DNA of 64,000 nt, taken from NCBI GenBank assembly GCA_964016885.1, contig OZ024740.1, positions 436,976,001-437,040,000 of the forward strand, written 5' to 3'. This DNA is from Eledone cirrhosa (lineage: Eukaryota). How positions within the stretch are numbered: the stretch's first letter is position 1; every line of letters begins with the position of its first letter. Below, piece after piece: positions 44,121 to 57,615 of the stretch. The notes below the pieces were generated by a model that saw only the letters and a list, made by a program, of their open reading frames with translations, searched no databases and was not told where the DNA came from. A program made the translations under genes and the position numbers.

Positions 44121-45795
44121 AGAGTATTGAAGTTTGCTTGAAGCATTGCGGAACAATAAGTAAATATCTTTAAGTCGTTTGGAAGCCTCGACAATGCAAA
44201 TGGGTAAATCTCCGGGTAACAAGGTCCGGTGGTGGAGAGAGAGATGTAAGTGGGGGTACGTTGAGATGCGTGGTGTGTATAAGATGTGTGAGATGTGTAG
44301 AATGAAGGAAAGAGTATAAAGGATAAAAATAAAAATAACAACACAAGAGAGAGTTACCTTGGGAGAGATTTAATAGTTCCTATATATTTCGGATTCACAT
44401 CCATCAACTGGGGGTTTTTTCCGGGGTGGGGGAAAAGGTTGTCTGTCGGACAAGTCCGGAACGCGTCTTTCGCTGTTTGTTGTTTTGAATATCTGAGGTA
44501 TTCGGCAGAGCGCGCGTGCGCGTGAAATGGGGTCGGTCGTACAGAGGTCAGCGGCCGAATGAGGGAGTGGGATGGCGCTAGCTGTCAGTCCATTCTCTGC
44601 CTGTTTGTTAAATGTTACTGTGTGTGTGCGTGTGTTGTTGTCTCGCTTGAGTGTGTGTGTTGTGTGTGTTGTTGCCTTGTTCATCTGTATTGGCAGTGTA
44701 GTATGTTCGTATGGTGGAATGCTACTGTGTGTGTGTGCGTGTGTGTGTGTAGTTGTCTCGTTTGCGTGTGTGTGTGTGTGTGCGTGTGTTGTGTGTTGTT
44801 GCATCGCTTGTTAACTTAAACCAGCCATTTCATTTCGCTTCTCTCTGATCGGTTGTTTATTTGCGGTTGCAGTTGTTTGATAAAAAGCGCTTCCTTGATA
44901 CGTAGCGTGCCGACGTTTCTTTCAGTCGCTAGAATTTTGACAATGGGCCTTCCGTCTTTGTTTCCGCATTTGTCTATGTGTTTCCGGAAAGACGAGGCCC
45001 TGATTTTAGTGTGTTCCTTGATCCGGATGTGCAAAGGTCGAATTGTGCTACCTATGTAGTATTGGTTGCACCTGTCACATTCTATCTTATACACGACGTA
45101 TGTGCGTAGGCAACAGTTAGCATGGCGTATTGGGCAGTCTCTGAGGGAGCATGCGTCAGTAGATTTTTCGGGTTTCCTGGAGAGGCATCTTCGCAGGGAG
45201 GGGCCCGAGTGGGCCAGGTGGATGTCGAGGCCCTCCCTCCGTATAGCCTTGCGGATAGCGTTGGTGGTTTGCTCGCCCAGGTGTGGTATTTTAAGGAAGC
45301 ACTTGCCTTGGGTGCTTCTCTGTCTCTTGCGTCTGGTGTCTCCTATTCTGTCTGTGATCGAGGTAGGGTACCCGTTCGTCTCCAGCACCTCGAGGAATCG
45401 CTTGGTATGAGTGACACCACTCGCGGGATCGCTGCATCTGTTTTTGATTCGCGCGATCTCGTTCGTAATGTATCCTCTTTTGGCACTGTTAGGGAGGGCG
45501 GACTTGTAGTGAACGAATAGGTCCCTGCAGGCTGCCTTTCTGTAGAAGTTGCAGTGGATCCCTCCTTGTTCCGTGATGTTGATTCGGAAGTCGAGGAGGG
45601 CAAGTGACCCGTCTTCGTTGGGGTGTTCAACACTGAAGTCAATGTTCTCGTCCGTGTTGTTGAACGTCTCATAGATTATGTTCGCCGTGTCTTGGGAAGA
45701 TGTGAGGATGAGGATATCGTCCACGTATCTTGAAAAAAAGGCTACGGCGTTGGGGTGGCAGGCGTTGAGTGCCTTGCGTTCGAGGTTGTCCATGT
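44117..45795 (-). mobile_element. 5'-truncated Penelope-like element (RT C-terminus plus GIY-YIG, ORF 44816-45795) with 3' UTR
   Basis: RYVDD, LLDF, FYRK, VVYKIECDRCNQYYIG, RIKEH, IKEALFI..PQIN; (TA)n flanks. Confidence 0.92.
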
Positions 45796-46043
45796 TATAT
45801 ATATATAACAGATTAAAGTTTAAGCAAAGAATCGCTGCTTTCACCCTTTTATTTAGGTTTGTTGGTTCACCACTGGATAGAACTGGTCATTCCGTATGGT
45901 CAACCTCGATGTAATATTAAGGAGAGCACTCGACGTAATGCAACTCACCCGTCTTCGTTTGTATAGTTGGTGGTGCGAGTACGGAGTTAATTATTATAAA
46001 ATAACAGGAGACTGGACTGGCGTAATTCCTTAAAAGGTTTATT

Positions 46044-46101
46044 ATACTATGATCATTTCAATGACCGGGTTCAGTATGAATCTGGTGACATCATCAGGTA
46101 T
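46044..46101 (-). ncRNA. Type I hammerhead ribozyme in PLE 3' fragment 45805-46200
   Basis: atac-CTGATGA-tgtcaccagattca tac tgaacccggtcatt-GAAA-tgatca-TA-gtat. Confidence 0.82.
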
Positions 46102-46200
46102 TCGAAATTTAACAAAGGAATGTAATAAACAAAATCCATGGGGCTGAAAAGCAGAGACAGGAGGGCGGCCGAACATTTACCAGCTTCTAGCCCGGTCAGC

Positions 46201-46338
<138 letters not shown>

Positions 46339-46404
46339 CGTAAAATAAGAAAATCCTTTAAAAAAGTTTTTCAAAAATTTTTTAACTTACTTACTTAAAT
46401 TTTC

Positions 46405-46486
46405 ACTCCAACTAATTAGTTTCTGCAATGGGATAAAGACAGTTACGTAATCTAACTGTCGAGAATTCATTGCGTCATCAGGGAGT
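46405..46486 (-). ncRNA. Type I hammerhead ribozyme
   Basis: actcc-CTGATGA-c-gcaatg..internal gacagtta/taactgtc hairpin..cattgc-a-GAAA-ctaattag-TT-ggagt. Confidence 0.9.
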
Positions 46487-46959
46487 CTATTCTCAGCTAA
46501 GTCTCCAGGCAATGCGCGGACACTGGCGGCTCATATAAAAATAATAATAATTCGGTAGATGGAACAGCTAGCGGGGACTGAATTCCATGCACTGAAATCC
46601 TCATTGCCTCTAGTCAAATGGCCGATTCTAAAGAATCAATCACGTGACACAGAGGCTAGTCAGTAGGAATGGGATGGTAAGATGACAGACGCCTACTAAC
46701 ACCCCCAAAAATTTTAGAAGTGGTTTTGGCAGGTTTGCTCGACAAATCAGTGATTTGGAGATAAATATAGATAATTTAATATATCAACTAACATAAGCGC
46801 ACAGATGTACGCTAATGCCAGCAAATACACAGGTTATGTCATAGTACCTAGGTGGTTCAATGCAGGAGGATGCAGAACAATAATATAAAAGACGTAAAAT
46901 AAGAAAATCCTTTAAAAAAAGTTTTTCAAAAAATGTTTAACTTACTTACTTAAATTTTC

Positions 46960-47041
46960 ACTCCAACTAATTAGTTTCTGCAATGGGATAAAGACAGTTA
47001 GGTAATCTAACTGTCGAGAATTCATTGCGTCATCAGGGAGT
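46960..47041 (-). ncRNA. Type I hammerhead ribozyme
   Basis: Second tandem copy, 555 nt from the first. Confidence 0.9.
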
Positions 47042-47640
47042 CTATTCTCAGCTAAGTCTCCAAGCAATGCGCGGACACTGGCGGCTCATATAAAAATAAT
47101 AATAATTCGGTAGATGGAACAGCTAGCGGGGACTGAATTCCATGCACTGAAATCCTCACTGCCTCTAGTCAAATGGCCAATTCTAAAGAATCAATCACGT
47201 GACACAGAGGCTAGTCAGTAGGAATGGGATGGTAAGATGACAGATGCCTACTAACACCCCCAAAAAAAATTTTAGAAGTGGTTTTAGCAGGTTTGCTCGA
47301 CAAATCAGTGATTTGGAGATAAATATAGATAATTTAATATATCAACTAACATAAGCGCACAGATGTACGCTAATGCCAGCAAATACACAGGCTATGTCAA
47401 TTTTTTTTTTTTGGGGGGGGGGGGGTGTTAGTAGGCGTCTGTCATCTTACCATCCCATTCCTACTGACTAGCCTCTGTGTCACGTGATTGATTCTTTAGA
47501 ATCGGCCATTTGACTAGAGGCAGTGAGGATTTCAGTGCATGGAATTCAGTCCCCGCTAGCTGTTCCATCTACCGAATTATTATTATTTTTATATGAGCCG
47601 CCAGTGTCCGCGCATTTCCTGGAGACTTAGCTGAGAATAG

Positions 47641-47722
47641 ACTCCCTGATGACGCAATGAATTCTCGACAGTTAGATTACCTAACTGTCTTTATCCCATT
47701 GCAGAAACTAATTAGTTGGAGT
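47641..47722 (+). ncRNA. Type I hammerhead ribozyme
   Basis: Inverted third copy with intact core and stems. Confidence 0.9.
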
Positions 47723-47909
47723 GAAAATTTAAGTAAGTAAGTTAAACATTTTTTGAAAAACTTTTTTAAAGGATTTTCTTATTTTACGTCTTTTATATTA
47801 TTGTTCTGCATCCTCCTGCATTGAACCACCTAGGTACTATGACATAACCTGTGTATTTGCTGGCATTAGCGCACATCTGTGCGCTTATGTTAGTTGATAT
47901 ATTAAATTA

Positions 47910-47983
<74 letters not shown>

Positions 47984-48089
47984 TAACAGATTAAAGTTTA
48001 AGCAAAGAATCGCTGCTTTCACTCTTAACGGGATCTTCTGAAACTAAAAAAATCAATCTTTGGATTTTAGTCTTCAAATTTATTATTAT

Positions 48090-48170
<81 letters not shown>

Positions 48171-48307
48171 CGGAAGGGATATTCAATTTGTTGGTAATTC
48201 AACAAATATAAATGTTTATAACTGATTCAGAGCACTCAACAAGTTTTCTGGAGTATAATACACAATGATATTAAATAAATGGAAACTATATTTATAAAAC
48301 CATATTT

Positions 48308-48367
48308 ATTCTATTATATATATTTCAAGGGTACCAAAAATGTTGGTACGCTATCATCAGATAAAAT
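48308..48367 (-). ncRNA. Type I hammerhead ribozyme in PLE pLTR fragment 48168-48450
   Basis: attttat-CTGATGA-tagc gtaccaa cattt ttggtac cctt-GAAA-tatata-TA-atagaat. Confidence 0.85.
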
Positions 48368-48661
48368 ACGAAGTGTGTTTTATAAATTTTGACATAACCA
48401 AGGATAATATATATACCTTAACGGTTCAAGTTATCCCTGGATAACGCAGAATATATATAGACAAAAAAAGCTAAACGATTTTTAATATTCCTCAATACAT
48501 TAAAATTACTGTTTCTCTATCTCCCTTTCAATTTTGATAGTAAATGTTTCTAAACTAGTATAAACGTAAACCAGATCTTTAAAAATATCCTTGAATACAA
48601 GATAAAACGAAGTTAGATGGCCTCAGATAATTTACATTAAATGTCATGAATAATTACCACA

Positions 48662-48994
48662 TGCTCTTGGGTCCCAAATGATAGGCAGGGTTGGAATAAG
48701 CAGTGTGGTTGGAAATTTGATCATTTTTCTAGGTTGTCTCCCTTGATATTTTTTTAGAAACCAGAATTAGTCGTTTAGTTTACATGTTAAGACACCAGCC
48801 CATCTTATTTATTTAATAACGTATGGGATTTCTTGAAATGCTCTTTTTTTTTAGTCATATTTAATGAATAAAAAAATTTGATTATCGCTGGAATGCTACC
48901 ACTTAAAATCAGGAAGGGTTGGAATGAGAGTGTGAGGGGGGATCTGAAACATTAATAAGCGGTAGGGGGGACGATTATTCGAGACCCAAGAGTA
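48662..48994. mobile_element. MITE family B (~330 bp)
   Basis: TIR-like ends ctcttgggtcccaaat / attcgagacccaagag; second copy at 54553. Confidence 0.65.
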
Positions 48995-49207
48995 TATTGT
49001 ATGTTTTTATGTTATGCACAATAAGTATTTTGAATGCAGCCGGTGAACCATTTTTCTCTTCTATTTCAACGTGGGTTTCATTGAACATCTTAACAAACAT
49101 TTATTACATTCATAATTTTATTAATGGTGTTATTTCTGTTCTTAAAGACTAAACCAGGTGGAGACACATTCATATTTTGTCTTAAACTACAGATAGAATC
49201 ATAGGAA

Positions 49208-49483
49208 CAACATCGTGACATACAAGTCTGGTGGATCCTAGCTTTTTTCAATATCGTGACATACAAGTCTGGTAGATCCTAGCTCTCTTCAACATCGTGA
49301 CATACAAGTCTGGTGGATCCTAGCTCTCTTCAACATCGTGACATACAAGTCTGGTGGATCCTAGCTCTCTTCAACATCGTGACATATAAGTCTGGTGGAT
49401 CCTAGCTCTCTTCAACATCGTGACATACAAGTCTGGTGGATCCTAGCTTTCTTCAACATCGTGACATACAAGTCTGGTGGATC
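49208..49483. repeat. 41-bp minisatellite, about 7 copies
   Basis: caacatcgtgacatacaagtctggtggatcctagctctctt repeated with no spacers. Confidence 0.95.
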
Positions 49484-50086
49484 AAATCGTAACCAAGAGA
49501 GGAATCAATGCCAGTACTGGTCATTTGTTTATCAAACCCAGTTAAGTTGACCTCGGTAAAAGTTAAGTTGACTTCGGTAAAAGTTAAGTTGACCTCGGTG
49601 GGATTTGAACTTAGAGTGCAGAAAACAAAATCAAATGGCGTTCCAATTCAATGGTTTGGGCATTACCATATATAGCAATATTTTTATAGCGAGTTACCTC
49701 TTTTGTTACGCTCAGTAACTGATGTAAAACAAAAAACAGTTCTAAAAATAGTAGAACAGAATAGATTTAAGTACTTCATTTGAGCTAGGAGAGGAATTCT
49801 AAAGTGATCCTCCAGCAAGCTATACGTGGTTCAAACTTCATCAATGTGCCTGATGCTCTTGTTTGAAATTAGAGTTTATGTCTAATATCACTTTCCCTTA
49901 AAAAACATTTTTATGGAATTGTTGGAGTGTTGGATAAAAATATGAAATATGGGAGATATTTTGACTTGTTTAGATTCCTTCATATAAACAGAGAACATAC
50001 ATATAAGTAATAAGTAGAGGGAAAAGATTTGGGTTTAATTAGATGTAATTAAAGCAATAGTTTATTGATATAAGTGAGAATTTATA

Positions 50087-50289
50087 TACCAGGGTCAGCT
50101 GAAAAGTTCATAGACTAACCAAGATACTCTCATGGAATTACCAAAAGAGGTTTATTTTTCAACATAGTTCCTGGAAAAGAAACAATGCAGTTATTAATAA
50201 GAAGATTTTAAATTAATACATGCAAGATTTCACAGCTTTAGCATTACTCTTTTATGGTCAGCCTATAAACTTTTCAGCCGACCTTTGTA
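50087..50289 (-). mobile_element. Mariner-type MITE family A
   Basis: Reverse complement of 38156-38355, TIRs and TA ends. Confidence 0.85.
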
Positions 50290-50917
50290 TGAGTGACAGA
50301 AACTATTTAGTCGGCAATGTTATAAAAACGGTTAACAACCACTGAAGGTCGGAGACTGTGAAAGTCATTCTTTTTAGATGGCATTTAATGGGAGAATTTG
50401 AAGGCATTTGGATAAAAATATAGGAAACAAGTTTTCAATACGTCTGACGAAGTCTGGTTAATACTGTATAATATTTTATGGCTCTCACTCTGTCTCGCAA
50501 GGGACTACATATACTTAAAGTATCAACGCTATGGTGGAATATACGTGACTAAATTTGAAGAGATATATTTCCCAGAATATTACTTGGGAGCCCAGGAATA
50601 TAGATTAATGTGTCTATATACAGGTGATAGGTCATAGATTGAGAATTTGTGAATATAGTTTCTGTATATAGGTGCAAGTTTCTAAATATTAGGGAAAATA
50701 TACGCGTTACACACACACATCTATCTATATATATATATATATATAGATATAGATAGGTAAATATACACGGGTGTGTATGATTGTGTATAGAAGATTATAT
50801 TAATAAGAGGAATTCCAACTTTGTCTGATTTACTCGTTTTATTTACAATCCTTTAAAATATATATAATGGTATTATAATGAAATAGTATGATAGAATATT
50901 AAATTCTAAGTGTTAAT

Positions 50918-50956
50918 TGAACAAGTACTTTCATGCTTTCGCAATCTTCAGGTTCA
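50918..50956 (-). ncRNA. Minimal type I hammerhead ribozyme
   Basis: Reverse complement of 51923-51961. Confidence 0.88.
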
Positions 50957-51922
50957 TGATATGTGGTGACAGTCGAGTTTGCAATTTTCAACTGTAATGA
51001 GATGGGTAAATTTCCTACCTTTTATACATTTTATACAGAGAAAAGTGGCTCCAGAATGCAAAGCCCTGTAAACTGTATTTCGACCAATCAGTGTGTAGTT
51101 TCACTGAATTACTACAGCTGATTGGTTTAAGCGTCACGGCTGGTTGAGCATGCTAACGACCAATAGTCATATCCAACGTATCAATTGTTTTGCTTTTTTG
51201 AAATGATGAAAATAGCATATTCTATTAATCATCACCATCAACATCACTTTTATTATTATTATTATTGTTGTTGTTGTTGTTGTTAGTGGTCGTGGTCATA
51301 GTGGTAGTAGAAGTAATACCCCTAGGCGTTATTATTGTTCATTTAGCTTGGGTTTGAATTTATCAATAAAATTCTTTTCTTTGATTTTTCTCTTGATTTC
51401 ACTTGGGCTGTGTAATTTGTAGAATGGGAATATTATAAATATTCCCTGACCACATGTTGCCAGGTGGCCGCTTAGGGGTATCTGACGGACATTTGGGTCT
51501 CTGATTTGTTGACGGTGTACCCGTGCACGTTCCGATAGTGCATTTCCAGTTTGACCGACATATAGTTCTTCACAATTCGGGCATTTAATGCAGTAAATTA
51601 GATTTCTGCTTTTGCAGTTCATATTTGCATTTGTGAATATTTTTCCAGTTTTTGTTTTCATATATTGACCGGCGTGTATGGATTGACATGTGCCGCATCG
51701 ATTATCATTGCATTTAGATACAGTGAATGATTGGTCTTTGTTGTTAAGGTCAAACTTTGCTTTTGTTAGCAATTGCTTCAAATTTTTTGGCTGTCTTTTA
51801 CTGTCGTTTACAGGGCTTTGCATTCTGGAGCCACTTTTCTCTGTATAAAATGTATAAAAGGTAGGAAATTTACCCATCTCATTACAGTTGAAAATTGCAA
51901 ACTCGACTGTCACCACATATCA

Positions 51923-51961
51923 TGAACCTGAAGATTGCGAAAGCATGAAAGTACTTGTTCA
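51923..51961 (+). ncRNA. Minimal type I hammerhead ribozyme
   Basis: tgaac-CTGAAGA-t tgc gaaa gca t-GAAA-gtac-TT-gttca. Confidence 0.88.
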
Positions 51962-52075
51962 ATTAACACTTAGAATTTAATATTCTATCATACTATTTCA
52001 TTATAATACCATTATATATATTTTAAAGGATTGTAAATAAAACGAGTAAATCAGACAAAGTTGGAATTCCTCTTA

Positions 52076-52138
<63 letters not shown>

Positions 52139-52473
52139 ATTGCCTACTCAAATAGAGCTTGGCCACCTCAATATTATATTTCTAATTTAGGTGAAGCTCA
52201 ACAATATTAGGGATAAGGGAAGGTCGATTATATCGACTCCAGTGTGTCACTGGAAGCATAAAAAGGAAAGCTGACCTCGGCGGGATTTGAACTCAAGACG
52301 TAAATAGCCGGAATATAGAGGGAAAAAATATATATATATACACATACATATATAAACACACAGGGGCCGACCGTTAAGGAACTAACATGACACATCTGGC
52401 AGGCCTATTAATCAGGAAAAGTAAACCTTTACCAAACCTTTTTTTAATGAAATTTCATTGCTTTATAGGTTTA

Positions 52474-52530
52474 CCGTCTGAGGAGCTTGGAATGTCATAA
52501 TTATAGTCCTCGGTGAAATATATATTACGG
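52474..52530 (+). ncRNA. Type I hammerhead ribozyme in PLE 3' fragment 52362-52690
   Basis: ccgt-CTGAGGA-gcttgga...tcctcggt-GAAA-tatata-TT-acgg. Confidence 0.75.
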
Positions 52531-52688
52531 ATTTTAATAAACCTGAACAAAATGAACATGGCCTCGGATTTTTTATTGATATATAATGCTCCGGCTTACA
52601 CATTTATACAGGTCGTTGAGTGCTTTGTTTTATCTACTTCACAACCGACAGACCATGATGTGGTCCACACATCCCTGTTCGGTTACCA

Positions 52689-52739
<51 letters not shown>

Positions 52740-52999
52740 ATGCCACGAAACTACGTAGTCGAGGAATTTAGGAACAGTTTAGGTATGATACATTTTATTA
52801 CTAATTATATCTAAATGTTTCTTCTCTCTTCATAATGTATTTTTAACTCTGATACTGGTTCAGTCTGGTTCAAACTGAATTGGTCTGTCCCAGTCATTCA
52901 TTGAGCAACATCGGTGAAGTTGGCACCCTTAACTCACAGTTGGGTGCGGATGCATTCATGTATATATGTGTGTGTCCGCATGTATCTGTGTGTTTCTTA

Positions 53000-53055
<56 letters not shown>

Positions 53056-53204
53056 GTTGAAAAGGTAACACACCAAAGAGAGATATATTCTCTCTGGTGT
53101 GTTACCTTTTCAACATATTGTATTTTAAAGAGCTCAGGATCTCTTCTCCTTTGAGCACATTATTTACAGGGAATAGCGAGGGCCTATGCCTCCGTTAACT
53201 TATC

Positions 53205-53238
<34 letters not shown>

Positions 53239-53383
53239 GTATTGGTAGTTACCAGTTAGACTAGTTAGACCATATTCACATATGTACTCGACACTTGAGA
53301 AAGTATTGAGTATGCATATTTAATAGTTAGTGCCCGACGGCTCAGCTCACGCCGTTGAAACGGTGTGAGCTGAGCCGTCGGGC

Positions 53384-53490
<107 letters not shown>

Positions 53491-53657
53491 AGAAAGAGAG
53501 AAAAATTAGATCATAACAAATATATTATAGCAAACAAACATCATATACGAAGCTCGAACTTTAGAACTTACGAAGCACCGGGAGAATATAAAGTTTATAG
53601 AAGATGTAGTATATAGAGGCGCAGAGGATAATTGTAAGTACAGTCGGCTGTTATAAA

Positions 53658-54067
53658 ATAGTTTATGTAATAATTGTTTCTACTTTTGGCACAAAGCCAG
53701 CAATTACGCCAGTGCATTACTGGTACTTTATTTTATCGACCCCGTAAGGATGAAAGGCAAAGTTAACTTTGGCGGGATTTGAACTCAGAACTTAAAGGGC
53801 TGTAACTCTATGCTGCAAAGCATGGTGTCCGACCCTCTACCGATACTGCCAATCCACCAATAGTTTATATAATAATTGTTTCTACTTTTGGCACAAGGCC
53901 AGCAATTATCTCAGTGCATTACTGGTACTTTATTTTATCGACCCCGTAAGGATGAAAGGAAAAGTTAACCTCGGCGGGATTTGAACTCAGACCATAAAGG
54001 GGCGTAACTATGCTGGAAGCATGGCGTCCGACCCTCTACCGATACTGCCAATAGTTTATATAATAAT
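53658..54067 (-). mobile_element. Two head-to-tail SINE copies separated and flanked by a 17-bp repeat
   Basis: aatagtttat(g/a)taataa at 53658, 53859 and 54051. Confidence 0.85.
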
Positions 54068-54552
54068 ACTTACAGTTATTATCTGCATTTGAGCATACTA
54101 CAGCTATAAACTTGATATTCTCTCAGCGCTTTGTAAGTTCCAGCTTCCCATACGATATTTGTGTATATTTTCAAAGTTGTTAGATTCAGTCCTCTAATTC
54201 AGGCGGTAAGATTTTGTCAGAGGTCCCTTAGTTCAATGAGCACTCAGCCAGTATCTGCGAGATACGATGTTCGATCCCTCGTAACGGCTGCTGACAATTT
54301 CTTTTTCCGTCTGTCAGGGTCTTCACACTATTTTATAAACTTTATGTAGCAGCCAACTGTACTCACAGCTATTTACTGTGTTGAGCAAACTACATTTTCT
54401 ATAAACTATAATTTAGAAAAATAATACTGAGATTTACAGAATCTTGGTTGTTTCAACAAACGAAATAAACATCATTGTTTCTTCGCTCCTTTTTTTAATA
54501 TAACATTTTGTATGAACCAATTTCGTTTCGTTGGGTGCTGTAAATTTGTACG

Positions 54553-54892
54553 TACTCTCAGGTCCCAAATAATAGGTGGGGATCGATTAACCGGGGCGGG
54601 GGCATTTGCTTAAATTCTTATAAGCGGAGGGTTGAGAAATCGGTAATTGTATAGCGTACGTGTGTAAATATGGGATTTCTTGTAATGTTCTTTTTTTTTG
54701 TTATATATAATGTATTTTAATGTAAAATAAAACTATTATTTGGTTCTCCCGCTGCTGTATCAATATGAATCACTTACAGTAACATTTCGCAGGAGATAAA
54801 TTAGCAAAATTTAATTAGCGTGTGGTGGTGGAGGGGGGGGGGTCTGAAAATTTAATAAGCGGAGGATGAGCATTATTCAGGACCTCAGAGCA
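54553..54892. mobile_element. MITE family B
   Basis: Homologous to 48662-48994; TIR-like ends. Confidence 0.65.
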
Positions 54893-55060
54893 TATATTTT
54901 AAAATAGATGCATCTTCAACGTTTTCTTACTTTTTTACCTATATAGCCTGATTTGTACAGAATTCTTTAATTTTGAACCCTTTCATTTTTTCTCACTGTG
55001 TGTGTGTGTTTTAAGTAAGAATATAACAACAGTGTGACTCTATAATTTCTTATCGAGTCC

Positions 55061-55270
55061 CTATGCAAATACCAGCGTTATTTGAAAATGTTTCGCAGTG
55101 GACCCCATATAGTTCCACTCGCGTTCACCAGATCTAACAGTGAAAAGATAAACTAAACTGGTCTCCAGGCATTTGTTCTGGAGAGGACATCTATCTAGTC
55201 GGGACCAGTTACATTTGATCATTTTTCTATGTAAGGGTTCTAAACTATAATATATGGAATGATACATGGT
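55061..55270 (-). pseudogene. Decayed PLE GIY-YIG fragment
   Basis: KCN..RCPLQNKCLETSLVY..WNYMGST. Confidence 0.7.
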
Positions 55271-55671
55271 AATATTTTTTGTATATCTCTGTGTGTATAT
55301 ATTTATGTGTGTATTTATTTATAAGGTAGTTGTGATTCGCCAGTAACGTTTTATTATATTCCACTGTAATTGAATTCGATTTTTTACAATTGATAATTGA
55401 GAATAGCGATTTCAAGACAACAACAAGATATGAAACATATGTGAATGTCAGAAATAAAACCTACTGTACCGCTTATCGGTATTAATCCTCTGTTTACCTA
55501 TTGGAACTACTCCACGGTTACTGATCATGGAACTATCAAAGGACAAACCTACGATCTACCTACTGAATCTGATTGAGCCAACCACCACAGTATAGTGAAA
55601 CACTCCTCCGTATAGGATACTAATTGAGCCAACCACCACAGTATGGTTAAACACTCCTCCATATAGGATAC

Positions 55672-57480
55672 TGTAGTGGCGTGACGCCAGGCCGGGTTTC
55701 GGAAAGTATGTCTGTGTTGGTATAGCCGGGTCTTGAAGTCACAAGCGGTTAATACTATATAAGCTTTGTTGGAGGTGTCCGTCCTCACGTTGCACTGGTA
55801 GATCACATAACGATCTCTGCATCTGTTGTCGAGGGGGCAAATGGATCCAACAGGACAGTTACACCTCCTGGTCGGCTCTCCACTGCTATCTAGGTTATTT
55901 CTTCCATAGGGCTTGAGTTTTTCCGAAACCCGGCCCAGCGTCACGCCACTACACTTTCGGGCCACATCTGGGACCTCAAAGATAACAATATAACCTATAA
56001 TATCACTTGGAGCTTACTGTCCAGAGCCAACTCTTACACGGGAGGACGCCGTCCGTGTAACTTATGCTCGGAGGAAACATTACAAATGTTGTTTTCGACG
56101 GACCAACTCCTAAACAAGAAAGACGAACTGGTAACTGCATGCAAACACAGATTGCGTAGGACTTACCTCGCCCTCAAACCCCATAATGACCCGGGAGGAG
56201 GGGTAGACAAGGGCTGTAACACCCCACTTGCCGATTTTGTAATGGGTAGCCCCTGCTTACAAAGGTAGACGTAAGATTTTCTTTTATATTTTTTATCGTT
56301 TCCTCTATATTTCCTTCTTCCCCCATCCCTTCCTCGTCCTTCCACCCCAGTTCTCCTTCTTTGTCGTCGTTCTTTTCACCTTCTCGCCCACCCCGAGGCA
56401 GCCCTTCGGTCCTCTGTAACCTCAGTACCCCCGCCCCCACCCCCTATTCTATGATAGAATTGGCCGACTCCGCTTTTTATAGCAGATGTGCTAGACCCCC
56501 AGATACTTGCTTTCTTATCTGATTGCTGCCCATTTCCGTGATTTCTAGATTTCTTAGTGGTATCTCTGCTTTAGTTTCTCGTATATCAGTATTTTTTTTT
56601 TTGGGGGGGGGGGGGGTCTGAATTAATTTTTCGTATTAATTTTCATATATATCGTACGAGCATTTATGTAGTTTGCATTAGAATTTATGTATTGTAGCGG
56701 TACTCTTATATATCGTATTAGTATTCATTTTCGGGATTCTGAATTAATATTTCGTATTAGTTTCGGGATTCTGAATTATTATTTCGTATTAGCTTTCTTT
56801 AGTATTTTGGCCCCCTACTTGTTGACCTGTCATTGTAAGATAGATTTGGCCGATTACTACTAACTCATATAATTCTTTCACTACAATCTCGTATTTAGTA
56901 TCCTGCCCAACCTATTAAACTTTTCTATAGTTTAGCAGTACCAGTGAGAGATTTGATGATTGTGGTAGGGGAATAGTAACCAGAAATTGTGTTATTTTAT
57001 ATTTTTAACATTCTTATTTTTCTATATAGATTTACTCCATAGATTTACTTATTGTTTCGACTTCCTCCCCCCTCCCCCTCTTGACCTCTTATCCTTAGGA
57101 TTCTGCTGTAGTTGTCACTTTCAACGCACGACTGGGTTTCCTCCACTCCCTCTCCCTCTTTCTTCTACTGGCAAGTTCAGATACCCCTTCCTTCCACAAA
57201 ATGCCATGATAGAATTATGATAGAATTATGTGTCTCAACAATAAACTTTTGACCAATCCTTGTGACAATCACTTTTACCATATATGGAATTACCCCCTGA
57301 GAAGCTCGGCTATTCATTTACCAGGATAAAAATATTCATTTAGTCCAGAATTAGATGTCGAAACGGCTTGAGCTCAGCCGTCAGGGTCCTACTCGTTCCT
57401 ATTACCCAATCTACTACCCTAAGTATTGAGTACTTTGGTGCGTTATGGACCATCTGGTTCCTTACCACATTTCCTTCATT
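55672..57480 (+). mobile_element. 5'-inverted, truncated PLE: minus GIY-YIG piece 55672-55930, plus-strand EN C-terminus 55935-56200, 3' UTR and pLTR
   Basis: CNCPVGSICPLDNRC..VIYQC on minus; RHATTLSGHIWDLK..CNLC..LLNKKDELVTACKH on plus; both pieces share the RHATT segment. Confidence 0.85.
57291..57387 (+). ncRNA. Degenerate hammerhead with long stem II and a true hairpin stem III
   Basis: acccc-CTGAGAA-..cggcta..(loop)..tagatgtc-GAAA-cggct tgagctc agccg-TC-agggt; the 14991 copy reads TC-ggggt. Confidence 0.65.
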
Positions 57481-57558
57481 ATATATATATATATATGTGT
57501 ATATGTATATATGTATATGTATATATATATATACATATGCATATATATATGTATATAG

Positions 57559-57615
<57 letters not shown>

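Larger units (their letters stand above)
50796..52084 (-). mobile_element. Truncated Neptune-like PLE (GIY-YIG only) with ~280-bp inverted pLTR arms (50796-51073 and 51806-52084)
   Basis: CNDNRCGTC linker, NLIYCIKCPNC..YVGQT..R..HR; near-identical inverted arms. Confidence 0.9.

Noticed and set aside
44368-44412. HHR of the PLE at 44117-45795
   Set aside because: The minus strand shows ggat..atcc-GAAA-tatata, but the CUGAUGA core and UH site are broken; probably a dead ribozyme, so it was not called
49208-49483. CRISPR-like array
   Set aside because: Units are contiguous with no unique spacers, there are no cas genes, and the context is eukaryotic
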